Origin: an uncultured Nitrososphaerales archaeon
GTDB taxonomy: Archaea; Thermoproteota; Nitrososphaeria; Nitrososphaerales; Nitrososphaeraceae
Direction: 5' to 3'
Length of the DNA stretch: 64,000 nucleotides
Assembly: GCA_963841565.1 (NCBI GenBank)
Contig: CAWJCY010000006.1
Coordinates: forward strand, 320,001 to 384,000
Positions 10,465 through 20,396 of this stretch are shown here, one piece after another. Each line of letters opens with the position of its first letter. The first letter of the stretch is position 1. A program made the position numbers and the translations under genes. The notes under the pieces are model-generated. The model saw only the letters and a list, made by a program, of their open reading frames with translations, was not told the origin of the DNA and did not search any database.

Positions 10465-10603
10465 TAATTGTCAGAGTAAAATTTACTTTTTAAACTGCCA
10501 ATCTTTCTCGCGTATGTCTACCGCAATCAAAGATGATTTTTTTTCGAGTCATTTAGTTTATGAAAGATAATAGTGATATATTTGAACAACATTCTGAATC
10601 CTA

Positions 10604-10822
10604 TTGAGTAGGAGAAAGGGAAGACTACGAGAAATATTTAGTAAAGCGATATATGCAGATGATCCTCAACTATATATTGTTAGTTATCGGGACTTCGATT
10701 CAATCATGGATCTCCCTCTTTTAGAATTTGTCAGAGTATCCGAAAATTTTGACCTAATTCCCTTGAGCAGAATATCCAGCATAAGGCGAGAAAACAAAGT
10801 CTTATATCAAAAGAGTTGTTAG
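10604..10822 (+). CDS. DUF504/MJ1316-like RNA-end recognition domain protein
   Basis: LREIFSKAIY..YIVSYRD..IPLSRISSIRRENKVLY pattern. Confidence 0.7.
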   Translation: MSRRKGRLREIFSKAIYADDPQLYIVSYRDFDSIMDLPLLEFVRVSENFDLIPLSRISSIRRENKVLYQKSC

Positions 10823-11208
10823 TTCTCTCTCACTACAATGTTTCCTCTCATAGTGGCGGGATGGAGAGAGCAGTAATATTCAAATTCACCCGCTTTTTCT
10901 GAAGCAATTGCCGTAACAAAATCCTGTTCGGGTGATAGAATGGCTGTGTTGATATTCAATTCATCTACAATAAAATCATGCCTTACCAAATCTTTGTTCA
11001 CGATAGTCAGCTTGTTTGGCTCGTCGATCTTGGCATATATAGTAGGGTTAGTTTCGTTGAACAGGTTATCCTTGGCTACAAGCAATATACCTTCTCTTCT
11101 GTCAAGAGATGAGGGTTGCGGTGAATTCACCAGATTTCCAATACCCCATAAACCTCCAACAGTAATGAATGAGATAGCAATAATAGCAATAATGTTATTG
11201 CGGATCAT
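10819..11208 (-). CDS. Membrane-anchored cupredoxin (blue copper) protein
   Basis: N-terminal TM; RHDF and GEFEYYCSLHPATMRG type-1 Cu ligands (H, C, H, M). Confidence 0.92.
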   Translation of the reverse strand: MIRNNIIAIIAISFITVGGLWGIGNLVNSPQPSSLDRREGILLVAKDNLFNETNPTIYAKIDEPNKLTIVNKDLVRHDFIVDELNINTAILSPEQDFVTAIASEKAGEFEYYCSLHPATMRGNIVVREN

Positions 11209-11585
11209 TTTTTATTGATGACACCATATTTCAATTATATAGAGATCGACATACGTAGAGTGCTCTATTCTGCAAATAAGATTTGCATCCCTTTATGAAA
11301 GTAGGAGGAGTGACTCATCTTAGTTCGAAATATGAATATCTATTCTGTATTATATGTCTTCATTTCATGTTTAGCTTGTCCTATCCTTTGTCCAGGTAAG
11401 CTAAGTACACTTGAAATGGCTGAAGGTCTATCGTTTCAGCAAAAAAATAACACCTCTACTTGTTCTCAAACTAGTTCTCTGATATCTGTCATTAGAAATT
11501 CCTATACATTCCAATGAAGCGCGTCGTACTATGATTCTTGCAAACTAAGTCCATATGTCAACAATTGGTTAATTTTTTTGTGAGA

Positions 11586-11699
11586 TGCGGGAGGTGGGAT
11601 TTGAACCCACGGACCCCTTAGGGATGAGGTCTCCCGCCGCATGGATCTGAGCATCGTGCCAACGGTCTCACGCCTTTGGCCATGCTTGGCAACTCCCGC
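11586..11699 (-). tRNA. tRNA-Leu(CAG) with two predicted introns
   Basis: GCGGGAG/CTCCCGC acceptor stem, discriminator A, GTGGG-TTCAAAT-CCCAC T arm, long variable arm; removing about 14 nt and 15 nt gives a TGAGG/CCTCA stem around CTCAG and an 85-nt tRNA. Confidence 0.88.
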
Positions 11700-12270
11700 A
11701 TTTGCTTCTCAATTGAATAAACTGAGATTTATATCCTGGCAATCCGATTCCTGATTCCAGAGATTATTCGATTCCAATAGGATCGATGGTTAGGCACGCA
11801 GCTTTAGGTCTAGAATTGCTCAATTGGAGTAGAATTAAGTAAAGGATTTTCCTCTACTCTGCTGATGTTATTATGCTTAGGATAACGATCGAAAGTATGA
11901 GTCACTGTATCTGATTAGATCATAAGGAGGGAAACATCATATAGTATAATTAATCATGTCAGCATAAGGATTAAGCAATTAGTGTAAATATACCTCTTTC
12001 CAAGATCTAATTTTCCTCAAAGTTCATTGCGGAATCAGCGATTGGAGGGCAGCGATTATAACTTGACTCACCATTGTAGAAACTCGACAATTTTAGAGTT
12101 TTCTTTTGAAGTAATATCTACAAAAAAAATGTGAAAGGACAATTTGCATGTAACCTGGAATTTATATAATGCCAAAGCATTTCTTTGAACCCAGCATAGG
12201 AACATTCGCGCCTTTAGCCTCCAGAACGAATTCAGGAACAAACTTAAATTCAATTGCTGACATTATTCTC

Positions 12271-12946
12271 ATGTTGTACGAACATGAAGATATCCAGATT
12301 TCATGGACCGGCCATGATGGGTTTAAGATAAAAGGAACAAACAGCCAGAATAACCAATTGACGGTCTATGTCGATCCCTACCAACTACCCTCCAAGTATC
12401 AGAATCAGAATGACGCAGATGTAGTTTTACTGACCCATGATCATTTCGATCATTTAAGCATCGATGATCTGAAGCAAATTATTAACAACAACACAAGTAT
12501 AATATCAGCCACCGAGTGTGTTAATAAATTAGCTGGACTGAAATTGAAAGAGATTAGTGGAATTAAGCCAGGCGAAAAAACTACTGTTAAGGGTCTCGCA
12601 ATCGAAGCAGTTCCTGCATATAATACTAATAAAAAATTTCATCCCAAGTCTGATGGAAAGGTAGGATTCGTTTTAATAATGAACGAAAAGAGGATCTATC
12701 ATGCTGGTGACACAGATTTGATCCCAGAAATGGAATCTGTGGATCCAGATATTGCACTTGTTCCTGTCTCAGGTACTTATGTAATGAATGCGGAAGAAGT
12801 CTGCAAATGCTGTCAACAAACTAATTCGCCCCAAGAAAGTCGTAATTCCTATGCATTACAATGCTATTGTCGGCACTGAGGAAGACGCTAAGAAATTCAA
12901 AAATCTTGTTAATGTTTGCAAAGTGGAAATTCTTTCCAAAGATTGA
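12271..12946 (+). CDS. MBL-fold metallo-hydrolase (one apparent 1-nt insertion near 12800)
   Basis: WTGHDGF, VDPY, THDHFDH, IYHAGDTD; removing one T restores VVIPMHY and a stop at 12946. Confidence 0.9.
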
Positions 12947-13028
12947 AGAGGTTCAATCATAAATCTGGCACCCTAAGTAGACTGTTTTAAAAAACTTATA
13001 TATTATCAATTATTTCATATGAATGAAG

Positions 13029-13100
13029 ATGGCTGCTAAGAAAAAGGCAAAATCTGCAAAGAAAGGAGAGAAAAAATCAACCCGATCCTCAAAGAAGTGA
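13029..13100 (+). CDS. Small Lys-rich basic peptide MAAKKKAKSAKKGEKKSTRSSKK
   Basis: ATG..TGA 24 codons; TATA-like CTTATATATT about 25-35 nt upstream; T-rich tract downstream; below ORF-track cutoff. Confidence 0.65.
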   Translation: MAAKKKAKSAKKGEKKSTRSSKK

Positions 13101-13732
13101 TCATTTTATAGTTATCTGATCACAGCGGTTCTATGAGGTCGCTAAAGAAACTCTCTTATTCTTTTTGTATGATTTCATTGCAATTGATCCCTTTATGTTG
13201 AGTTCTTGTCTCAGTGAGAGGGTCTTGACATATTTCATTAAATTTGATTATTCCAATTATTGTTTAGAAAATGAGTTTATCCGATGATATTCTGTGGCCA
13301 TTTTATTCTTCAAATAGATCTTTCCTATTTCGAGGTTGTTGGTTTTGAAAAAGAAGTGGAAAGAGTCTTCAGGAATTGATTGCAACATACTGGACCAGCC
13401 TAGCTGCTTTATCTTTGTCGCGAATTCGACATACTTGATTGTTATTCTGGAACTTCAAATATTTTTAAGCAGCATCCCAAATGAATATTGATGATTGCGA
13501 CCTTTACAAGCGTATGAAACCCAACAAGAACTTCACATTTGAAGTGAAATTCTGCGTCGTAGTCTGACTGCCATTTTAGTTTTCAGATAGCAACAGGATA
13601 AAAGGTCTAGAGAATTCCTAATTTAAACAGTGATAGCCGAATTCTGTGCCAATGAAGTAGATATTAATACTTCATAGATCTAAAAGGGGAAACAGTAAAT
13701 ATAAAAAGCTCGAATGTATCGTAAAGGAACGA

Positions 13733-13856
13733 GCAGATGTGGCAGAGTGGTCTTCTCTAAATGAGAACAAAATAATGCGTCGGCCTTGAGTGAATCAAGT
13801 TAGAAGATAGCCGATTCGCCTTCGGGCGATCAGGAGTTCGAATCTCCTCATCTGCG
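13733..13856 (+). tRNA. tRNA-Ser(UGA) with two predicted introns (D-loop and 37/38)
   Basis: GCAGATG/CATCTGC acceptor, discriminator G, TCGGC-CTTGAG[18 nt]A-GCCGA anticodon arm, TCGCCTTCGGGCGA variable arm, AGGAG-TTCGAAT-CTCCT T arm; about 21-nt D-loop insert. Confidence 0.9.
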
Positions 13857-13864
13857 CCCTTTTC

Positions 13865-14968
13865 CTAAAATTCCTCCTTTCTAATGGTTCCTCGGCGGTG
13901 TTTCTTTGGCAGCTTTGAGCTGTGTGCTGATTTTATCCTTCTTTCCAACTTCGAGACTATTTCCTTCGATGCCGAAATTGGATCGTATGCCACTGCCTTC
14001 GCATCTACAATGCTGTTGTTTGTCATTATTCTTGCTCTAATGGAGTATTTCCTTGTCTTGTGCTTGTCTACGTAAATAGTGACCAATTGAATATTTTCTA
14101 ATCTTCCTTCAATCTTTTTCAGGAATTTTGTCATATTTCTTTCGATTTCATTTTTGTCATCCTCACTTTCAGGATCTGAAATGTGTATAAGGGTAGGACC
14201 TCCATACTTTGGAAGTAATAATTCGAGTGCATCTTTTGGTGTAACCACACCTATTGGACGTTTATTTCCTACTACAACAACTTCTTCATGATCCTTTAAG
14301 TCGCCAGTTAACTCATTTATTTTTGATCCTTGTTCCACAGAGTAAGCATTTCTCATCATATCCTTCACTTTTACGTCTCGTACTACAGCCATTGTACCTA
14401 CTCCAGGAGACTTACTCGCCCTCTCTCTGGGTTTGGATATGACGTGTGCAATATCCAAAACATTTACGATTCCTGTCAAAACACCATCCCTGTTGATAAC
14501 GGGTAAACGTGATATGTTGTACCTCCTCATTTTTGAAAGAGCGTTCCCAAGGGTATCGTCGCCCTCTTGTACTATAGCACCACTCATAATTGAATCCACT
14601 GTTGAATGACCAAACCTAGCGTTCACTACTATGTCCATCTCACTGACTATTCCTACAAGTTTGGAACTATCCTCAACGACTGGAAACGCGCGATTTCCTG
14701 TTCTTAGTATCATCTCAGTAGCTCGCTCTACCGTGACCTCACGACTTAGAGTCGGGGTTTTTGATATGAAACTCTTAAGCTTAGATCCAGGTAAGACATT
14801 AACTGAAAGAAATTCCTTTGCGAAAACCATTCCCAAATAGTCGCTGGTATCGTTCACAATAGGAATCTGGTTTAATCTGTGTGAATGCATTAGATTAAGT
14901 GCCTTTGAAACAGTATCTTCAAGGGTTAAGGAAATTACATCCTTTATCATAATGTCGCCTACTTTCAT
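13865..14968 (-). CDS. Four CBS domains fused to a C-terminal HPF/RaiA-like domain (putative ribosome hibernation factor)
   Basis: CBS repeats (QIPIVN..YLGMV, AFPVVE..LVGIVS, RLPVIN..LTGIVN, RPIGVVT); C-terminal YSIRARI..AKAVAYD..SKEIVSKLERRIK HPF-like pattern. Confidence 0.85.
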   Translation of the reverse strand: MKVGDIMIKDVISLTLEDTVSKALNLMHSHRLNQIPIVNDTSDYLGMVFAKEFLSVNVLPGSKLKSFISKTPTLSREVTVERATEMILRTGNRAFPVVEDSSKLVGIVSEMDIVVNARFGHSTVDSIMSGAIVQEGDDTLGNALSKMRRYNISRLPVINRDGVLTGIVNVLDIAHVISKPRERASKSPGVGTMAVVRDVKVKDMMRNAYSVEQGSKINELTGDLKDHEEVVVVGNKRPIGVVTPKDALELLLPKYGGPTLIHISDPESEDDKNEIERNMTKFLKKIEGRLENIQLVTIYVDKHKTRKYSIRARIMTNNSIVDAKAVAYDPISASKEIVSKLERRIKSAHSSKLPKKHRRGTIRKEEF

Positions 14969-15032
14969 TGTGTTTTATGATGATCCTAATCATTACATTA
15001 AAAACCTTCCTCTACTTATAACAAACGATCAG

Positions 15033-15215
15033 ATGGATAATAGACGCCTTATCATAATTGCTGCCATAATAATAATACTTATTAGCGTAGTCACAATATA
15101 TCTGGCCCCTTCCGACACGATTATCCCTCTTCCCAATCCTAATGAAAATAGCACACGCAACGATAACAACATTAGCACACCTTCACAAGGCGGTCTCAGT
15201 CAACAGTCTCCATAA
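15033..15215 (+). CDS. Small single-TM membrane protein
   Basis: MDNRRLIIIAAIIIILISVVTIYLAP followed by a polar Asn/Ser/Pro tail. Confidence 0.6.
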   Translation: MDNRRLIIIAAIIIILISVVTIYLAPSDTIIPLPNPNENSTRNDNNISTPSQGGLSQQSP

Positions 15216-15345
15216 AACAGCACTATGATAAAAGATAAAGAAAGTATTAAATGAATTATTGATTTTATCGGTTGTAGCTTTTGAGATCGACAAAGTGATG
15301 ATTTTGATATTCAAAAAAATGATCGAATGTTGCATATTTTGTTTG

Positions 15346-16611
15346 TCACACCGCCATCCCTGATCCGATTAATCTCCACCTATCAGATATCCTTCTGCTG
15401 ATAGCTACTCGGCTATTTGGTAACAAGCAGACTGGCTTCTTCAGTTTAATCTCAATTTTTGTGGAGTCTTTAACATTTGTAACTGTCCCTAACGTAGCAG
15501 CCGTGCCTATGTTCAATCTGAGAGGTTCTTTGATTCGAATAGGATCTACTCTTACTAGTTCTTGAGTTCCAACTGCAGTATCAAAAAGATAAACTTCGAT
15601 ACCTATACTATCTACGTTATCAGGCAGAGTGGATGGCTTTCCCACTACGGAACCGATGAGTGAATCACTCTTTATGTAGGTAGGATCTAACTTTGTTCCA
15701 ATTGCAACCAGACCACCAGGTCTAACGGATTCAACTAAACCCGCACCTGTTCCCAATGTTGAGATGGCGGAAGTAATAGGCTCATATCTACTCTTCTTCT
15801 CGTCGAAGAAGCCGGGCCTAATCTCGATCTCATCTCCTATCAAAAATTCTCCTTGAACTAGAGCTCCTCCTATTACACCACCTTTGACCCTTTGGACTTG
15901 AATACCAGGCTTGTTCACGTCAAAAGATCGCAATACATGCATTATGGGTTTATCGGCTTTGTTTCGAACCGGATTCTTCAGCTTGCTTTCTATGGCTTCT
16001 ATGAGAGCGTCTACGTTTACCCTGTGTTGAGCCGATACAGGAACGATAGGAGCCTCCTCTGCAGTGCTACCACTGACGAATGATTTGATCTGATCATAAT
16101 TCTCCAGAGCGCTCTCATATTCAATCAAATCTACTTTGTTCTGAACAATTACTATTTCCTTTATCCCCAATACTTGCAATGCCAAGAGGTGTTCTCGAGT
16201 TTGTGGTTGGGGGACTTTTTCATTTGCGGCAATAACAAGTATTGCTCCGTCCATCAGAGCTGAGCCCGAGAGCATATTCGCCATCAAACTTTCATGACCA
16301 GGTGAATCTACAAAACTGACTACGCGTAAAAGCTCCCCTGGTTTACTACAATTCACGCACGTTGGATTAGAGGAATAGCATCCTGGTGCCGGACAATCGG
16401 GGCACTTGTAAAAGGCTGCATCTGCGTACCCAACTTTGATAGTGATACCTCGCCTTAATTCCTCACTGTGGGCACTAGTCCATACACCTGTAATCGCTTC
16501 AACTAGTGTAGTTTTACCGTGATCGACATGGCCTGACGTCCCTATATTGATATTGGGTTGGTAACCATATTCTTTGATATACCAGTCAGGCAAGCTCTCT
16601 TTCCAATGCAA
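15346..16611 (-). CDS. eif2g: Translation initiation factor aIF2 gamma subunit
   Basis: GHVDHGKTT, RGITIKVGY, Zn knuckle, DSPGHE, QNKVD, RWRLIG; likely TTG start at 16611. Confidence 0.97.
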   Translation of the reverse strand: MHWKESLPDWYIKEYGYQPNINIGTSGHVDHGKTTLVEAITGVWTSAHSEELRRGITIKVGYADAAFYKCPDCPAPGCYSSNPTCVNCSKPGELLRVVSFVDSPGHESLMANMLSGSALMDGAILVIAANEKVPQPQTREHLLALQVLGIKEIVIVQNKVDLIEYESALENYDQIKSFVSGSTAEEAPIVPVSAQHRVNVDALIEAIESKLKNPVRNKADKPIMHVLRSFDVNKPGIQVQRVKGGVIGGALVQGEFLIGDEIEIRPGFFDEKKSRYEPITSAISTLGTGAGLVESVRPGGLVAIGTKLDPTYIKSDSLIGSVVGKPSTLPDNVDSIGIEVYLFDTAVGTQELVRVDPIRIKEPLRLNIGTAATLGTVTNVKDSTKIEIKLKKPVCLLPNSRVAISRRISDRWRLIGSGMAV

Positions 16612-16842
16612 TGATCTTCGTGAATTCACTGGGAATATTAAGGTAATCACAGGCTATTATGATTAAAAGAAGACGCCTTTGACTTAATTTCGAATCCGCT
16701 TAAAAGTTCTAATAAAAGACATCTTTTAATCCTATTGGCTTATCGGATTTCTAAGTAACGTAAGTCTGCGACCTGTCCATGATGATTTGATGCACGACTT
16801 GTATATTTACAAGATATAATTTGATGTGTAAACCCTAGGGTA

Positions 16843-17238
16843 TCAAGATTTGGATTCTTCTTCTCCAGACTGTTCAGTTGCCGATTTTTCTGGTAATTTT
16901 CCCTCAAGTAGTTTACAGTTCAGCTGATATATTTCCTCAGTAACCATATTGCCTCTAATTAGCTTTCTGATCCTAATGCCAGGATTACGGTTACGCATCC
17001 CTACACCTCGCGCAAGCAAGATATACTTTTTTACCCCTCCATGAAGATCTGGCCTCATTGGTGTACCTGATTTATCACTGCCGCCGGTTATTTGCATTTT
17101 ACCATTAATACCAACAACATTCGAGTCGATGACATCACCTATTTTTAACCCAAGTAGGGGATTTGCTACTTTGTCCTTTAACTCTTGACTAACACTTTTT
17201 CCAGTACTGTCTGAGATGACAACCTTGAATTGCGCCAA
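16843..17238 (-). CDS. rps6e: 30S ribosomal protein S6e
   Basis: FKVVISD..ITGGSDKSGTPMRPD..RKLIRGN. Confidence 0.97.
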   Translation of the reverse strand: MAQFKVVISDSTGKSVSQELKDKVANPLLGLKIGDVIDSNVVGINGKMQITGGSDKSGTPMRPDLHGGVKKYILLARGVGMRNRNPGIRIRKLIRGNMVTEEIYQLNCKLLEGKLPEKSATEQSGEEESKS

Positions 17239-17385
17239 TACACTACTACTTTGATCATGCAGCAGTTAGGGCTTTAATTAACTTTTGGATAATCTCCAAT
17301 CCTTTCTTGGTAATACGACCTTCGCTTATCAAAAACTTTTGGCTAGCCCAACCAAAACCAGGTTCAATAAGCAATTATTCGATGT

Positions 17386-17574
17386 CTAAAATCCACTCTT
17401 GTTCAAATTAGCCTGATAATCATCTGACATATTCTGGGCTATCCCCTTCATAGTCTCCAAGTACGAATCGTATGAAGAGCTAAACCCACAATGGCTACAG
17501 CCAACCTTTGTCATATCTTCATCGACTACTGCTTCACTTCTACACTTTGGACACTTTGCTTTCAACAAAGTCAC
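17386..17574 (-). CDS. Small zinc-ribbon protein
   Basis: CPKC..CSHCGF. Confidence 0.75.
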   Translation of the reverse strand: MTLLKAKCPKCRSEAVVDEDMTKVGCSHCGFSSSYDSYLETMKGIAQNMSDDYQANLNKSGF

Positions 17575-17833
17575 ACGTATAATTTGTATTTCAATCTGTA
17601 TTAACGTTTAGTTTCCAGCTCATGCATCAAACCATTGGCATATAATATTTTTTATTTTCTTAAATGAACAACTTAAAGGTTTAAAGAAGTAGTTCACCCA
17701 AATTTAGAATGAGCTCGGATGCCGATACTTTAACATGTTATTATTTTAAAGGCTTCATTTTAGCTGAAGTGTGTAAGAACGTCGGTGAATTTGATATCCT
17801 TAATTAGGTCTTCTCGCTGATCTAACTCTAAAA

Positions 17834-19039
17834 ATGATTCCCATAAACAGACCTTGGCTTAGTGATGAGGAGAAAAAGGAAATATTGATGGTACTAGACG
17901 AAGGTATTCTTACATCCCCTGCATTGGAAGGAGGGAAGAGAGTACAGGAATTTGAATCTCTTCTTAGGAGCTATTTAAGCATTAAACATGTGATTGCAGT
18001 GAACTCTGGAACTTCTGCGCTCTTAGCTGCGTTGTTAACATTAGGATTAAAGGAAGGCGACGAAGTACTTTTACCTTCGTTCACTTTCGTAGCATCAGCC
18101 AATTCTGTAGTCGCTGCTGGAGGTACACCAGTATTCGTCGACATAACCAAGGCTGACTATACTATCGACATTAAAGATCTTGCTACGAAGATCACGAAAA
18201 GAACTAGAGCTATTATGCCTGTTCACCTTTACGGTCATCCGGCGGATTTGGATGAAATACTTGAGTTAGCAAAGAGTAATTCTCTCGAAATAGTAGAAGA
18301 CGCGTGCCAATCGTTGGGTTCTGAGTACAGGAAGAGACAGACTGGAACTATTGGTTCGATGGGTTGTTTTAGCATGTACGCCAGCAAAGTACTCACATCA
18401 GGAGAAGGTGGTGCAATAGCAACAGATGACGATCAGTTGGCTGATCAATTAAGAATGATTCGCAATCATGGAATGGTAGAAGGTTATGACACTAGAGTAT
18501 TTGGTCTTAATTTACGACTTCCTGAAATAAGCGCTGCAATAGCAAAGGGCCAAATGAAAAAACTTAACGAAATGTTAGAAAAAAGAAGAAACAATGCAAA
18601 CTTGTTAACCGACTTGCTTTCACATTCTGATGTTGACGGATTCACAACACCGGCCGAACCAGAGGATGGTCACAAGAAATTCAATTGGTATCTTTATACG
18701 GTAGCACTGGACGGTCGACAGACTGAAAACAAGAATAACAAGTCTGATCTTCCAGACCATGCCTATAGCAGAGATCTAATAAAGGATGAGATGGCAAAAA
18801 CTGCAAAGATTGGGGTAGCCGTATATTACGATCCTCCAGTTCATTTGACTCCATACTACAGAGAACTTGTAGGATCTCGACTCCCAAACCAGGTCCGTGA
18901 AATGCCCAATAATCTGAAGACTACAGAATGGGCAAGTAAACACGTGCTTTCCCTACCTGTGCACCCGCTTCTTTCTAAACAAGATATTGAATACATTGCA
19001 AATAGCTTCAAATCAGCCAAAGAAAATATAACAAAATGA
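17834..19039 (+). CDS. DegT/DnrJ/EryC1/StrS PLP-dependent sugar aminotransferase
   Basis: VNSGTSAL, PVHLYG, VEDACQS, FSMYASKVLTSGEGG, LSLPVHP. Confidence 0.95.
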   Translation: MIPINRPWLSDEEKKEILMVLDEGILTSPALEGGKRVQEFESLLRSYLSIKHVIAVNSGTSALLAALLTLGLKEGDEVLLPSFTFVASANSVVAAGGTPVFVDITKADYTIDIKDLATKITKRTRAIMPVHLYGHPADLDEILELAKSNSLEIVEDACQSLGSEYRKRQTGTIGSMGCFSMYASKVLTSGEGGAIATDDDQLADQLRMIRNHGMVEGYDTRVFGLNLRLPEISAAIAKGQMKKLNEMLEKRRNNANLLTDLLSHSDVDGFTTPAEPEDGHKKFNWYLYTVALDGRQTENKNNKSDLPDHAYSRDLIKDEMAKTAKIGVAVYYDPPVHLTPYYRELVGSRLPNQVREMPNNLKTTEWASKHVLSLPVHPLLSKQDIEYIANSFKSAKENITK

Positions 19040-19092
19040 AATTGTCGACTATAGGCCATAAGTCTTAATATCGTTATTTTCTATGCGATGTA

Positions 19093-20272
19093 TTGCGACT
19101 TGTCATCTATACTGGTAAAGGCGGGACAGGAAAAACAGTAAGTGCATGTTCAACTGCGCTAAAGTTGTCTGGTCTGAAATCCAGAACACTTCTTGTTTCC
19201 GCCGACCCAGCCCATACATTAGGTGATGCATTGATGGAAGGTGAAATACGAGGTACACCTACAAGAATTTCCACTGACTTATACGCTGCTCAGGTGGATC
19301 CAGTTGTGGAGATGGATTCGAATTTCAAGACAATATTTTCTTACTTTGCATCGTATTTTCAGGCCAAAGGCATTGACGATACTATTTCATATGAGTTGGC
19401 CATGTTACCTGGGATGACGCAATTACTCTGTTTGCTGAAAATTGAAGAGGCAGTAAGAGCCGGAGATTATGATGTGATAATTCTTGACATGCCCGCATCA
19501 GGTGAGGCCTTGCGATTCTTATATTTTCCAAAACTTGTAGGAAGCTTAAGCATGAGGCTCTCAGGCCTTGCAGGCCTTGCCAGCGGCTTCGGTCGACTAC
19601 TTCAGCCGTACTTATCAGGCTCCGCTCTCTCAAGTGACTTGATGAAGGCTGAAGCAGATTTGCTTCATAAATTGGAGAAACTTTCAAGGTTAATTTTTGA
19701 CCCAAACGTAACTAGTCTCAGGTTAGTGGTTAACGCTGACAGCTTTAGCATGGAAAATGCAAAAAGGACATTAATGTCAGCTAATTTGTACGGAATTAAT
19801 GTAGACATGATTATTGTCAACAAGATCTTGTCTCAGATACGGAGTGAGGATAATTTCTTGGCCAATTGGGCGGATCTCCAACATGCTAAAGTGACAGAAG
19901 CTGAGATCTGACTTTTACCCATTGCCAGTTAAGGAGGTCCCTCTTTATAATGAAGAATTAAAAGGGATAGAGATGCTTAAACAAAACGCAGAAATCCTGT
20001 TTGGGAACCAGGATCCAAGTCAAATTTTTTATCATGAAAGGGTTTTTGAATTTAAAAGTGATAGTTCTGGCCTCACTTTGAAGGTGAAGGTTCCTTTTAC
20101 AAAGAACGCAGACTTTTTGGTTGAACGCATCTCAGACCGGATTACTATCAAAGTAGCTACGAACATAGGTTATATTGTGAATGTCGTTCCATTACCTGCT
20201 GTTACTTTAAAAATGAAACTCAAAGCCGCCCGATTGGGTGATAATGAATTAGTAATTTCGTTTGAGTATTAG
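19093..20272 (+). CDS. ArsA/Get3-family ATPase with C-terminal alpha-crystallin-like domain (1-nt insertion at about 19903)
   Basis: TGKGGTGKT, SADPAH, LPGM, ILDMP, IVNK; removing one G joins ORFs 19093-19911 and 19922-20272 (EARSDFYPLPVKEVP). Confidence 0.88.
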
Positions 20273-20396
20273 AAATTTAAAAAAATGAATCAAATTAGAA
20301 TACGTTTCAAAACTATGTATTCTTATGTCTAAATCTCCAATACGAATCCTTCATTACCTATAGATACTACATGCGCTAAGCTTTTTGTAATAGTCT

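Noticed and set aside
13733-13856. Possible selenocysteine or suppressor tRNA because of TGA in the anticodon loop
   Set aside because: Anticodon TGA reads UCA (Ser); tRNA-Sec has anticodon TCA and a longer acceptor stem, whereas this one is a normal 7 bp
16779-16830. C/D box sRNA from an ATGATGA C-box match (also at about 2198)
   Set aside because: No well-placed CTGA D box or recognisable rRNA/tRNA guide; such matches are expected by chance in AT-rich DNA
2249-20272. Arsenic resistance system made of the ArsB/NhaD permease and the ArsA ATPase
   Set aside because: Genes are 15 kb apart, no arsR/arsC/arsD, and both belong to broader non-arsenic subfamilies
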